Positions 19,533 through 29,655 of a stretch of 64,000 nucleotides of DNA are shown one piece after another. The notes under the pieces are model-generated. The model did no database searches, was not told the origin of the DNA, and saw nothing but the letters and a program-made list of their open reading frames with translations. A program made the position numbers and the translations under genes. How positions within the stretch are numbered: position 1 is the first letter of the stretch; each line of letters opens with the position of its first letter. Origin of the DNA: Nitrososphaerota archaeon (lineage in GTDB: Archaea > Thermoproteota > Nitrososphaeria > Nitrososphaerales > Nitrosopumilaceae). The DNA lies in the NCBI GenBank assembly GCA_028867755.1, contig JAGWFT010000002.1, positions 208,018 to 272,017 of the forward strand, in the 5' to 3' direction.

Positions 19533-19624
19533 AAAAGAGTGTCACGGCTACTTGATTATAACCTTTGAAGGTATTGATACATGACAAAATAAAAGAAAAT
19601 TAATACATTGAAAACCAGCATCAC

Positions 19625-20590
19625 TTGTTGTTGACAAAAACTCCTCTTGCTGAACTGATGAAACAAAAGGTAGTGCTCTTTGACGGAGCGATGGGAACTG
19701 AGATTCAAAAATTAAATCCGCAAGCAGAAGACTTTCCAGACGGAAAGGATGGCTTTAACGATGGCCTGTCTTTTACAAGACCTGAATGGATAAAAAATAT
19801 CCACAGAAATTATCTCAAGGCAGGAGCTGATTGCATAGAGACCAATACGTTTGGCTCAAACAAGCTCAAGCTAGAAGAATATGGCTATGGCGATAAAACA
19901 TTAGAGTTTAATAAAAAAATTGCAGAACTTGCAGTTGAAATTACAAAAGAATTTTCTGATAAACCAAGATATGTAGTTGGTTCAATGGGACCAACAGGAT
20001 ATTTGCCAAGCTCAAACGATCCATCTCTTGGACAAATACCTCTTGAGAAAATTAGGGAGGCGTTTGAGATTCAGGCAGAGGGTTTGATATTGGGAGGTGT
20101 AGATGCATTGTTAATTGAGACAAGCCAGGACATTTTGGAAGTAAAGCTTGCAATAGAGGCATGTCATAGTGCAATAAAAAAGACAGGAAAGAAAATTCCA
20201 ATCGTTGCAAATGTAACCCTTGACAAGTATGGCAAGATGCTGCTTGGGACAAATATCCAAGCGGCATATACCACTGTGTCAGACATGGGTGTAGATGCAT
20301 TTGGACTTAATTGTTCTACTGGACCTGTTGAGATGACACCTAGCGTACAGTGGCTCAACGAACAAGATGAGCTACCATTGCTTGTTGTCCCAAATGCAGG
20401 AATGCCTGAGAACCAGGGAGGACGGGCGGTCTACAAGATGGCGCCTGAAGAGATGGCCAAAGTAATGCGTGATTTTCTCTCTCAGTATAACAAAGTACGA
20501 ATTATAGGTGGTTGCTGCGGTACTGGCGTAGACCATATAGCATTTCTAAGAAAAATAATTGATGAAAAGCAATCAGAAAATAAGCGCTAG
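19625..20590 (+). CDS. Homocysteine S-methyltransferase domain (N-terminal module of split MetH)
   Basis: DGAMGT, AGADCIETNTF, GLNC, PNAG, GGCCG Zn ligands. Confidence 0.93.
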   Translation: MLLTKTPLAELMKQKVVLFDGAMGTEIQKLNPQAEDFPDGKDGFNDGLSFTRPEWIKNIHRNYLKAGADCIETNTFGSNKLKLEEYGYGDKTLEFNKKIAELAVEITKEFSDKPRYVVGSMGPTGYLPSSNDPSLGQIPLEKIREAFEIQAEGLILGGVDALLIETSQDILEVKLAIEACHSAIKKTGKKIPIVANVTLDKYGKMLLGTNIQAAYTTVSDMGVDAFGLNCSTGPVEMTPSVQWLNEQDELPLLVVPNAGMPENQGGRAVYKMAPEEMAKVMRDFLSQYNKVRIIGGCCGTGVDHIAFLRKIIDEKQSENKR

Positions 20591-20618
20591 GTTTTAGAAA
20601 AAGCAGTTGAGAGTCATT

Positions 20619-23123
20619 ATGTTGAAAGATCCTCGAGTAAGTTCTGCATTAAAAGCGGTAGACCTTAGGCAAAACCCCCCTCCTTTGATTATAGGTGAGA
20701 GGCTCAATGCACAAGGATCAAAGAAGGCAAAAGAGTGTGTACTAAACGACAATTTTGAGGAACTATCAAAGATTGCAAGAGATCAAGTGGAAGATGGGGC
20801 GCACTGTCTTGATGTATGTGTTGCCACGACAGAGCGTTCAGACGAACTTGAGTTTATGAAAAAACTTGTAAAGTTGCTAAGCCTTGAAATTGATGCTCCA
20901 CTTGTAATAGACTCGACTGAGGCCAAAGTCATTGCATCTGCACTAGAACAAATTCCTGGTAAACCAATCATAAATTCAATTAATCTGGAAGGAGATGGTA
21001 GCAGATTTCATTCGCTTGCTCCTTTGATGGTAAAGTACGGAGTTCCTGCAATTGCTATGTGTATAGGACCAAAAGGAATGGCAAAAACTCCACAGGAAAA
21101 ACTTGAAACTGCAGAACTTCTTCTTGAAACAGGAAAAAGTTATGGGCTGCAAGAGCAGCACTTTATCTTTGATGTTCTAACTTTTACATTAGCGACAGGT
21201 GAGGCAGAATTTCTTGATGCTGGAAAAAATACTCTAGAAGGAATCAGTCTAGTAAAGAAAAGATTTCCAAATTCGTTTACAACGCTTGGGTTAAGCAACG
21301 TGAGCTTTGGTCTTGCTCCAAGGGCAAGAAAGATACTAAATGCTGTATTTTTGTATCATGCTGTAAAAGCAGGTCTTGACACAGTCATAATAAACCCAAA
21401 AGATGTCATTCCATATCCAGAAATTGATGAGAAGGAAAGACATGTTGCAGAAGATCTGATATTCAACAAGCATCCAAACGCTCTTGCAGAGTTTATCGCA
21501 TATTTTGAGGCAACCAAATCAACTGCTCAGCTTGCTGCAAAGAAAGTCGAGGTTGATCCATCATGGCCTGCTGGAAAACGCTCTAACTTTAGGATAGTCA
21601 ATAGAATTCGAGACGGGATAGAAAGAGACGTTGTAAGTGCAATATCTGAAAAGATTTCAGGACAACATGACATCTTAGAAAAAGAAGGCATGATAACCAT
21701 TGATGCACCAAAAGAGGTTACACATTCTGCTGCAATCCAGACATTAAATGATGATCTACTGCCTGCAATGAAGGAGGTAGGTGACAAGTTTGGAGCAGGA
21801 GAGCTCATACTGCCATTTGTTCTAAAATCTGCGGAATGCATGAAGGCTGCAGTTGCAGAACTTGAGAAATATTTGCTGAAGGAGAAAGGTAGCACAAAAG
21901 GAAAACTTGTTCTGGGTACAGTTTATGGTGATGTTCATGATATTGGAAAGAATCTAGTCAAAACAATTTTTGAAAACAATGGATACACTGTCTATGATCT
22001 GGGAAAACAGGTTCCAATGCAAAAGTTTCTTGAAAAAATTGAAGAAGTAAAGGCAGATGCAATTGGATTGTCTGCACTCTTGGTTTCAACATCAAAGCAG
22101 ATGCAATTCTTCGTAGAACATGCAAGAAAAAACAATATGCATATTCCAGTATTGTGTGGAGGAGCTGCAATAAACAGTAATTATATCAACAGAATTGCAA
22201 AAGATGGTGGCATATACGAACCAGGAGTATTTTACTGCAAAACCATGTTTGATGGCCTTAAGACAATGGATAGTCTTGTGTCTGCAGAAAAACAAAAGTT
22301 TGTGCAGCAATGGCAGGAAAGAATTTCGAAATGGACAGAGACCGTAATTGAAAGACATGAAGGACAGGTAACAGAACGCAGCGAGATAAAGCCTGTTACT
22401 CCGCCAACTCCACCTCATACCAATAAGACAATAAGGCTTGAGCCAAAAGACATTGACCTAAATGAGGTATGGGAGTTTTTGGACAAGAAATCACTTTTTG
22501 TACTTTCTTGGGGACTACGTGGAAAATCTGCCAAAGAATCAGAAGCTGAACATGAAATACTTTTTGAAGAGTGGAAGAAAAAAGTTCTTGCAGAAAAATT
22601 GTTTGAACCACAATCTGTATATGGATACTTTGTATGTCATGGAAAAGATGGAAAGCTAACTGTAGACCATCCAAGTGGGGGAAAACTTGTGTTTGAGTTT
22701 CCGCGCTCGTCTAGGTCCAAGCATCTCTGCCTGGCTGACTATTTTGGTCAAGACGACATAGTTGCTTTTCAAGCAGTGACTGTGGGAAACAAAGTCTCTG
22801 AGATAATTGAAAAATGGAACAAGGAAGACAAGTACACTGATGCCTATTACTTGCATGGGCTTGCAGTTGAAACAGCAGAAGCCATGGCAGCATGGATAAA
22901 CCAAAAAATAAAAGATGAGCTAAAAATTGATGGAAAACGTGGATTGAGATACAGTTGGGGGTATCCCAGTTGTCCAGACGTATCACAACACTATATTGTC
23001 TGGAAACTACTGGAACCAGAAAAGTCTGGCATGACACTTACAGAATCAGGACAAATAGTTCCAGAACAATCGACTGCGGCTATAGTTGTACACCACCCAG
23101 AAGCAGAATATTTCGCACTTTGA
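20619..23123 (+). CDS. metH: Cobalamin-dependent methionine synthase (pterin-binding, B12-binding and activation domains)
   Basis: IGERLN, GLSNVSFG, B12 motif GDVHDIGKNLV, RYSWGYP; ATG at 20619 preferred. Confidence 0.93.
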   Translation: MLKDPRVSSALKAVDLRQNPPPLIIGERLNAQGSKKAKECVLNDNFEELSKIARDQVEDGAHCLDVCVATTERSDELEFMKKLVKLLSLEIDAPLVIDSTEAKVIASALEQIPGKPIINSINLEGDGSRFHSLAPLMVKYGVPAIAMCIGPKGMAKTPQEKLETAELLLETGKSYGLQEQHFIFDVLTFTLATGEAEFLDAGKNTLEGISLVKKRFPNSFTTLGLSNVSFGLAPRARKILNAVFLYHAVKAGLDTVIINPKDVIPYPEIDEKERHVAEDLIFNKHPNALAEFIAYFEATKSTAQLAAKKVEVDPSWPAGKRSNFRIVNRIRDGIERDVVSAISEKISGQHDILEKEGMITIDAPKEVTHSAAIQTLNDDLLPAMKEVGDKFGAGELILPFVLKSAECMKAAVAELEKYLLKEKGSTKGKLVLGTVYGDVHDIGKNLVKTIFENNGYTVYDLGKQVPMQKFLEKIEEVKADAIGLSALLVSTSKQMQFFVEHARKNNMHIPVLCGGAAINSNYINRIAKDGGIYEPGVFYCKTMFDGLKTMDSLVSAEKQKFVQQWQERISKWTETVIERHEGQVTERSEIKPVTPPTPPHTNKTIRLEPKDIDLNEVWEFLDKKSLFVLSWGLRGKSAKESEAEHEILFEEWKKKVLAEKLFEPQSVYGYFVCHGKDGKLTVDHPSGGKLVFEFPRSSRSKHLCLADYFGQDDIVAFQAVTVGNKVSEIIEKWNKEDKYTDAYYLHGLAVETAEAMAAWINQKIKDELKIDGKRGLRYSWGYPSCPDVSQHYIVWKLLEPEKSGMTLTESGQIVPEQSTAAIVVHHPEAEYFAL

Positions 23124-23156
23124 TCACAACAGAAAATAATAAACCTGAACATTAGC

Positions 23157-23723
23157 ATGGTATTGGAATTACAAAAAATCAAGAGTGCTCTGTCAAGTCA
23201 ACTATATCCAGATGTACACGGAAACAAGAAAACCAAACTCTCTGCCGTATTGATAATAATTTATGGTCCAGAGCCACATGTAATCATGACTGAGAGGCCA
23301 AAAACCATGGACCATCATGCAGGGGAAATATCGTTTCCTGGAGGGAGGTGGCAAAGCGATGACGCAGACCTATTGGTTACTGCTCTGAGGGAAACTGGAG
23401 AAGAGATGGGCGTAGGAATCTCAAGGAGTCAGGTTATAGGGCAACTCAAACCTGTTACAACACTGAATTCAGGCTTTACAATTGCTCCATTTGTTACAAT
23501 TCAGGAAAAAATTCCATCGGTAAAACCCAACTCTGAAATTGAATCTGTCTTGCAAATTCCATTGATTCCACTTTTGAAAACTATGGACCAAGACAAAGAT
23601 CCGGCGCACAACTCTATACAAGAGATGTACACTTTCAAATTTCAAAACCATCTGATATGGGGAGCATCTGCAAGGATGTTAAATCAGATTGCTAGCAATT
23701 TGTCTGTAAACGGTTTACTGTGA
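23157..23723 (+). CDS. Nudix hydrolase, CoA-pyrophosphatase (NudL/Pcd1) type
   Basis: HAGEISFPGG, ALRETGEEMG Nudix box, IWGASA. Confidence 0.9.
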   Translation: MVLELQKIKSALSSQLYPDVHGNKKTKLSAVLIIIYGPEPHVIMTERPKTMDHHAGEISFPGGRWQSDDADLLVTALRETGEEMGVGISRSQVIGQLKPVTTLNSGFTIAPFVTIQEKIPSVKPNSEIESVLQIPLIPLLKTMDQDKDPAHNSIQEMYTFKFQNHLIWGASARMLNQIASNLSVNGLL

Positions 23724-23771
23724 GCATTTTTCGAGATTCATTTAAAAAGAGGTCCAGATTTTCAAACTTTC

Positions 23772-23930
23772 ATGGCGGCACGCAAGTCAACTCCAAGGAA
23801 GATCCGATTGATGAGTAAAATAAAACAAAATGCAGCAGTTCCGGCTTGGATAATAGTGAAAACAAAACGAAAGGTAAGGACAAATCCGAAGAGGAGACAG
23901 TGGCGCAAAACAGACGTGAGAGTGGGTTAG
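23772..23930 (+). CDS. rpl39e: 50S ribosomal protein L39e (52 aa; below the ORF-track cutoff)
   Basis: Manual translation MAARKSTPRKIRLMSKIKQNAAVPAWIIVKTKRKVRTNPKRRQWRKTDVRVG. Confidence 0.93.
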   Translation: MAARKSTPRKIRLMSKIKQNAAVPAWIIVKTKRKVRTNPKRRQWRKTDVRVG

Positions 23931-24473
23931 TTGTCAGAGGAATCATTAGAGAGAATTTATACCATTAATTTAGGAAAAGTGCTGCTTTCTCCAAGCAACC
24001 AGAGAGCAAAACGAGCGATAAACATGATACGATCATTTGCTGTAAAGCACATGAAATCCGAAAGTGTAAAAATTGAAGAAGAGGTTAGCCACTTGGTGTG
24101 GGAGCGCGGAATCCGACATCCTCCAAGAAAGATCCGAGTCAAGCTCTCAAAAGATGACGATGGAGCTATCATAGTTTCAAAATATCAAGAAGAGAAAAAG
24201 TCAGGCGAAGAAAAACCAAAGAAAGATGAAAAGAAAACTGAAGAGAAGAAAATAGTAGAAGAAAAACCAAAAGAAAAGAAAGAGGAGAAAAAAGTATCAG
24301 AAGAAAAACCAAAGAAAGATGAAAAGAAAACTGAAGAAAAAATAGTAGAAGAAAAGAAGATAGAGGAAAAGCCAAAAAAAGAGGAAGAGAAGAAAGCAGT
24401 AGAAAAACCAAAGGTAAAGAAAGAAGAAAAGAAATCTTCAGAAACTAAATCTGAAAAGAAATCAAAAGAGTAA
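23931..24473 (+). CDS. rpl31e: 50S ribosomal protein L31e with a long Lys/Glu-rich C-terminal extension
   Basis: ERIYTINL, RAKRAINMIR, WERGIRHPPRKIRV; follows rpl39e. Confidence 0.93.
   Translation: MSEESLERIYTINLGKVLLSPSNQRAKRAINMIRSFAVKHMKSESVKIEEEVSHLVWERGIRHPPRKIRVKLSKDDDGAIIVSKYQEEKKSGEEKPKKDEKKTEEKKIVEEKPKEKKEEKKVSEEKPKKDEKKTEEKIVEEKKIEEKPKKEEEKKAVEKPKVKKEEKKSSETKSEKKSKE
24207..24337 (+). repeat. Coding direct repeat in the L31e tail (38-nt identical unit, 93-nt period)
   Basis: GAAGAAAAACCAAAGAAAGATGAAAAGAAAACTGAAGA at 24207 and at 24300. Confidence 0.9.
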
Positions 24474-24476
24474 ATT

Positions 24477-25430
24477 TTATTCTATTTGGTCTAATTCCAA
24501 GTCAATTTTTATGCTGGCATCTGGCTCGCTCCAATCAAGAACATTCTCCTTTGGAATCATTCCAAGAGGATCGTACTTGTCAAAACGTGTTTCGCCATCT
24601 ATTGAAGTCAGCAAAACAACCTTTGATCTTTCTCCATTTGCAACAGACAAGCTGACTCGCGTGCTGTCATTGCTAAATATGCCGCTGACTGTACTCACCA
24701 TAGAATTCAAAACACCTATTGGAACTTTGTTACCGCCTACTACATAGAGCAATGCACTCTTGATGCTATTTGGTGGTGCATCCTCGTAAAGCATCTTAAT
24801 CGAATCTCTAAGTGATGTTTCAACATCTGGTATGTCTTTGCTTGTTGACAAGATGTTTGTTTTAGAAGGCAAGGATGAATTTTTCAGAGTGGACACAACA
24901 TGCATCAAAGCACTGTTTGTGATAACATGACAGGCATCAGGAGTAAGATCTGGATTACTGTCAAGTAATGCATCGTTATCAATGATTATTGTACAATCTG
25001 AATTTGCTTTCAGTCTCTTCAATGAAACTCCTGAGAAGAAAATTCTATCCTTTTCGAACTTGAATGGCATTATTCCAAATGAAAGTATGCTCTTTCCTAG
25101 TTCTTTGCCAATCTGGGATACCACCGGGGCTAAAGCAGCGCCAGACTTGCCTGCTAGGTTAGCTACAATCATGATTGTAGAATAGGATTCTAGTCTTTCA
25201 GCAATAGAGTTTCTAACGCCAAGTGAGATGCCTCTGATGAGATATGCTGATGGATTGAGAATAGGACTTGTGTTTATCAAGATCTTGGATGACTCGTGGT
25301 TTAGGTCCTTTGGGTCATGGCTTATTAGAAGACAATCGCATCCAAGTTCTTCCTTTATACTTGTAGCAATTCTGGAACCAGCTCCACCTAATCCAACAAC
25401 TAAGATTGAATCTTGCATCTGAAATTCCAT
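24477..25430 (-). CDS. ftsZ: Divergent thaumarchaeal FtsZ-like protein
   Basis: VVGLGGAGSRIA, PFKFE, IIIDNDALL; signature loop degenerate (LAGKSGAA). Confidence 0.8.
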   Translation of the reverse strand: MEFQMQDSILVVGLGGAGSRIATSIKEELGCDCLLISHDPKDLNHESSKILINTSPILNPSAYLIRGISLGVRNSIAERLESYSTIMIVANLAGKSGAALAPVVSQIGKELGKSILSFGIMPFKFEKDRIFFSGVSLKRLKANSDCTIIIDNDALLDSNPDLTPDACHVITNSALMHVVSTLKNSSLPSKTNILSTSKDIPDVETSLRDSIKMLYEDAPPNSIKSALLYVVGGNKVPIGVLNSMVSTVSGIFSNDSTRVSLSVANGERSKVVLLTSIDGETRFDKYDPLGMIPKENVLDWSEPDASIKIDLELDQIE

Positions 25431-25504
25431 GACTCTTTCTTGCTTACAAAAATGATTAAAAAACTTTGTTGCTTAGTTTTGATCCAAAGTTCGATCTAAA
25501 AAAT

Positions 25505-26773
25505 TTAGCTCGCAATCTGGCCATAAAGTGCATGTTTTGTGGCCCTTGTTATCTTAATTTGGACTCTCTGGCCCATCTTGACTTTGTCTTCTATTATTAC
25601 TGGTTTGTATGCGTAGTTACGGCCCTTTGTGGTATTATCTGAGATCTCATCAAACAAAACCTCGCCTTTCCAGCCAACCCACTCTTGATTTCTCTCTTGA
25701 GCTATCCTGCTTACCATATCAAAAACTGTCTTGCTTCTCTGCATTATCTCAGAAACATCTATCTGGTCCATTGAGGCTGCTTTTGTTCCAAGTCTTGCGC
25801 TATATCTTGAGAGGTTGATGATATCAGGCCTAGTCTCTTCTATTAGGTCAACTGTCTGTTCAAAGTCATCCTCTGTCTCAGTTGGAAATCCTACAATTAT
25901 ATCAGTAGAAACTGTAAATCTACCGAATTTCTTTCTAAAAAGTTCGTTTGATTTTCTAAATACCTCTTCAGTGTGTCCACGTTTCATATCCTTGAGTACT
26001 TTGTTGCTGCCGCTTTGGACAGGAATGTGGATAAACTTGAAGACTTTGGGGCTTTCAAATGATTCTAGGAGACCTTCACGTATTCTTGGCATGTACATTG
26101 GGTTCATCATTCCTACACGAATCATGAAATTATGCTCTATCTGTGATACGGCGTTGACTAGATTTGGAAGATCTGTTCCAATGTCAAAGCCATAACAGCC
26201 ATTATCAGTAGATGTCAACCACACTTCCTTGCATCCATCCTCAACCTCATATCTTACCTGCCTCACAATGTCTCCCATCCTGAAGCTTTGGATCTCTCCT
26301 TTTGCTATCTTTGTCTGACAAAAAGTACACTCGCTCATGCACCCGCTAGCTATCTCAACTATCCCAATAGCGGAATTTAGGCGGACCTTTGGTAGTCCTA
26401 TCTTTGTAATGTCAGAGTCTTCAAGTTCAATTCTTTTTTGACCTCTGAGTGTGGAATCAATTATCGCTAGAGTTTTTCCAAGCGAGTTTGGTCCAAGTAG
26501 ACTTGCCTTTGGACTAAACTTTTCTACAGTTGTTGTCTCTGCCTTGGGAAGACAGCCAGCAACAACCAGTGGTTTGCTTCTCAATCGTTTTATTCTGTGT
26601 ACCATCTTGTCTGCGGTTGCATCCTTGACTGAACATGTTACAATAACATTGAGATCTGCATCTGATGGATTTTCTGCCAGTGTGTGACCGCCATTTACTA
26701 CAAGCCCGCTGATCATTTCAGAGTCTGCAAAGCTTGCAGAACATCCGTAAGCCTCAACCCAAATCTTTGCCAT
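25505..26773 (-). CDS. Radical SAM tRNA methylthiotransferase (archaeal MtaB/CDKAL1 type) with TRAM domain
   Basis: YGCSAS, CSVK, CMSECTFC, HIPVQSGS, DIIVGFPTE, C-terminal GRNYAYKPV. Confidence 0.92.
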   Translation of the reverse strand: MAKIWVEAYGCSASFADSEMISGLVVNGGHTLAENPSDADLNVIVTCSVKDATADKMVHRIKRLRSKPLVVAGCLPKAETTTVEKFSPKASLLGPNSLGKTLAIIDSTLRGQKRIELEDSDITKIGLPKVRLNSAIGIVEIASGCMSECTFCQTKIAKGEIQSFRMGDIVRQVRYEVEDGCKEVWLTSTDNGCYGFDIGTDLPNLVNAVSQIEHNFMIRVGMMNPMYMPRIREGLLESFESPKVFKFIHIPVQSGSNKVLKDMKRGHTEEVFRKSNELFRKKFGRFTVSTDIIVGFPTETEDDFEQTVDLIEETRPDIINLSRYSARLGTKAASMDQIDVSEIMQRSKTVFDMVSRIAQERNQEWVGWKGEVLFDEISDNTTKGRNYAYKPVIIEDKVKMGQRVQIKITRATKHALYGQIAS

Positions 26774-26774
26774 G

Positions 26775-28142
26775 CTATCCTAATAATGAGTTGACTTCTT
26801 TTTCACTCATCAGTCCTTTTGATACTACAAGATGTCGTATGGTCTTTCCAGTCTTCAGAGACTCTTTGTACAAGTCTGCTGAAACTAGATAACCAAGCTT
26901 TGGTGCAAGTAAGGTGACTATCACAGGACTGTTCTCAATATACTGACGAAGTTTCTGTTTGTTTGCACTAAGCCCTGCAACCAGATTGCGTGAAAATATT
27001 GGTGTAAAGTTCTTGAGCATGTCTGTTGATTCTAGCACTGCCTTTAACATTACAGGAAGCATCACATTGAGTTCAAACTGGCCTGATTGTACTGCAAGAG
27101 CAACTGTTGTGTCATTGCCTATTATGTTAAAGCATATCATGTTCATACATTCTGCAAGTGATGGGTTGACTTTACCTGGCATGATAGAAGAGCCAGCATG
27201 AACAGCGGGAATTCCTATCTCAGATAGGCCAGCAACAGGACCAGAGGCCATCAATCTGATATCATTTGAAAATCTTCCAAGTTCAAGCGCTAGGTTTCTC
27301 AAAGTGGATGATACGTATGCTACTGCAAACCTGCTCTGCAAACCATATTGCATATCGGACTGTGGTTTAAGAGGAAGTTTTGAAACCTTTGCAAGCTCTG
27401 ATATCGCAATAACTCTGTATCCCTTTGGTGTATTTACGCCTGTACCAACAGCAGTTCCGCCTAATGCTACATGTTCTAATTCTTTTTGTGCAACAAAAAT
27501 TGCATCGCGTGCTTTTGAAATGGAAGTTGCATATGCAGCAAACTCTCCTCCTAGGGTGACAGGAAGAGCGTCCATCAGATGTGTTCTACCTATTTTTTGA
27601 TAACTAGAAAACTCTTTTGCTTTTTTTGTTATAGTCTTTATCAATTCATCAAGTACTGGGATAACCTGTTTTATGTTGAAAAGTATTGCCACATGCATGG
27701 CGGTTGGAAATGTATCATTGCTTGACTGTGACATGTTTACATGATCATTTGGATGCAAGACCTTGTCACTTCCTTTCTTTTCTCCAAGAATCTCTAAAGC
27801 TATATTTGAGATCACCTCGTTTGTATTCATGTTAAATGCAGTACCAGCTCCAGAGTTGATTGGTTCTACGACAAATTGATTAAGAAATTTTCCTGCCAAT
27901 ATTTTGTCACAGGCCTTTACTATTCCATTGCCGCGTTTTGCATCAATTGCTTTTGTCTTTATGTTGGCAACAGCAGCTGATCGTTTTATCATAACAAATG
28001 CCATTATCAAATTGATGTGGGGTCTAAGACCAGTCACATGGTACTGGTTGATTGCTCTTGATGTAAAAGCACCATAGTATACATCATCTGGAATCTTTAC
28101 CTCTCCTAGAGAATCTCGTTCTATTCTGTATTCCACACACAA
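26775..28142 (-). CDS. Class II fumarase / aspartate ammonia-lyase family protein
   Basis: HPNDHVN.SQSSNDTFPT, GRTHLMDA, GSSIMPGKVNP; start may be the GTG at 28136. Confidence 0.92.
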   Translation of the reverse strand: MCVEYRIERDSLGEVKIPDDVYYGAFTSRAINQYHVTGLRPHINLIMAFVMIKRSAAVANIKTKAIDAKRGNGIVKACDKILAGKFLNQFVVEPINSGAGTAFNMNTNEVISNIALEILGEKKGSDKVLHPNDHVNMSQSSNDTFPTAMHVAILFNIKQVIPVLDELIKTITKKAKEFSSYQKIGRTHLMDALPVTLGGEFAAYATSISKARDAIFVAQKELEHVALGGTAVGTGVNTPKGYRVIAISELAKVSKLPLKPQSDMQYGLQSRFAVAYVSSTLRNLALELGRFSNDIRLMASGPVAGLSEIGIPAVHAGSSIMPGKVNPSLAECMNMICFNIIGNDTTVALAVQSGQFELNVMLPVMLKAVLESTDMLKNFTPIFSRNLVAGLSANKQKLRQYIENSPVIVTLLAPKLGYLVSADLYKESLKTGKTIRHLVVSKGLMSEKEVNSLLG

Positions 28143-28272
28143 CCTACCATAAAATTCCTAATATTCATTCGCATTTAAAAAATTACAAAAACATCTCAAG
28201 TAGCAACCAAAAGTTCTACTTATTTTGGTGTTAAAACCCAATAGGTTAATATACTTATAAAAAAGATTCGAG

Positions 28273-29577
28273 ATGATGAATAAACGATACAGTATACTGT
28301 CTATTGTTGCAGTAGCAGCAGTAACAGGAATTCTGTTCGGTAGCACATATTCAAACACTCAGATAGTAGCTGGTAACGCATTAGGCGTATCACCAGAGAC
28401 AATTGACAAAGTCACACCACAGACAATTGATTCTGTCACTGCAAAAGATGTACAGAGCGTCGGTGGTCTGGTATTCAATATGGTCGGAGCGGACGCAATT
28501 CCACTAGATCAAGTTGCAACTGAAAAAGCAAATGGTCGAACCGTTCATGAGGTTACCTTGACCGCACAAAGCGTCGATCTGCCAATTCCTGGCGGAAAGA
28601 TGTATCACGCAATGACTTTTAATGGCCAAGTTCCTGGTCCAACAATTAGAGTAACACAAGGCGATGTAATCGAAGTTACACTAAATGTACCATCAACTGA
28701 GCTAACAGGTCACAGCCTTGATATGCACGCTTCTAGAATCTCCGCAGTGCCAAACTTTGGTCCTGTGATGCCAGGCAAGTCAAATACATATGCATTCATT
28801 GCAAACACTCCAGGTGCCTTCAAGTATCACTGTGAAGGTGTAGGTGTTATCGGTATGGACCAACACGTTCTTTCCGGCATGTACGGAATGGCAATCGTTG
28901 ATCCACTCAATGGATATCACAAACTCCTAATCCAGAGAACTGCGACACAAAACGGCCAAGTTGTACTAAACAATACGTTAGTTAGCCCAGCCGCATACGA
29001 GTTTACTTTGCAATTCAACCAACTCTACATCGATGACAATGGATCCTATAACCAGGATGCAATGTTCAAACACCAAACAACTTGGACTGTTGTGAACGGC
29101 AAACCATTTGGTTATGATCCAGTAGTAACAAAGGTGTGGAAAGGTGCTGGTGGTCAAAATGAAGCTGCCCCGTTAATTCTACCAGTTGGTCAACACATAC
29201 GATACTTCGTAGTGAACCAAGGTAACATGCCATTATTCTTCCACATTGTGGGCGGACAAATGGATAGAGTTACACAAGGCAACATGGTACAAGCAATGGG
29301 CACTCAGACATGGAACATTGGTGGCTCACAAGATGCAATCATTGATGTAGTCTATGACGAACCAGGAGCGTATGTAGTAGTCAATCATGACTACGCTGCA
29401 ATATTCTCTGGCGCAGCTGCAGTCCAGCTAGCTCAAGCAAGTCCAGCTCCAAATCCATCGGATGCTGTACCTCCGGTTTCGAGTGTATCTGGAACAAGCA
29501 TGCCACAGCAAACATTTGTTCACTGTGAATGTACAAACGATCGTGCTGCCCAACTAGGAAACATGACTGGACAGTAA
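28273..29577 (+). CDS. nirK: Copper-containing nitrite reductase (archaeal NirK type)
   Basis: Signal peptide; HSLDMH, YHC...H....GM type-1/type-2 Cu ligands; FHIVG catalytic His; VNHD type-2 His. Confidence 0.88.
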   Translation: MMNKRYSILSIVAVAAVTGILFGSTYSNTQIVAGNALGVSPETIDKVTPQTIDSVTAKDVQSVGGLVFNMVGADAIPLDQVATEKANGRTVHEVTLTAQSVDLPIPGGKMYHAMTFNGQVPGPTIRVTQGDVIEVTLNVPSTELTGHSLDMHASRISAVPNFGPVMPGKSNTYAFIANTPGAFKYHCEGVGVIGMDQHVLSGMYGMAIVDPLNGYHKLLIQRTATQNGQVVLNNTLVSPAAYEFTLQFNQLYIDDNGSYNQDAMFKHQTTWTVVNGKPFGYDPVVTKVWKGAGGQNEAAPLILPVGQHIRYFVVNQGNMPLFFHIVGGQMDRVTQGNMVQAMGTQTWNIGGSQDAIIDVVYDEPGAYVVVNHDYAAIFSGAAAVQLAQASPAPNPSDAVPPVSSVSGTSMPQQTFVHCECTNDRAAQLGNMTGQ

Positions 29578-29592
29578 GTCCATTAACCCAAC

Positions 29593-29605
29593 TTTTTCCT
29601 TTTTT
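29593..29605 (+). terminator. Oligo-T terminator-like tract after nirK
   Basis: TTTTTCCTTTTTT 16 nt after the stop codon. Confidence 0.5.
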
Positions 29606-29655
29606 ATTATAATCCCACACAATGATTATATTCTGTACCTGTCGGTCTTTCTTGC

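Noticed and set aside
24169-24411. Hydrophobic Leu/Phe/Ser-rich minus-strand ORF resembling a membrane protein
   Set aside because: It is the reverse complement of the GAA/AAA-rich L31e tail
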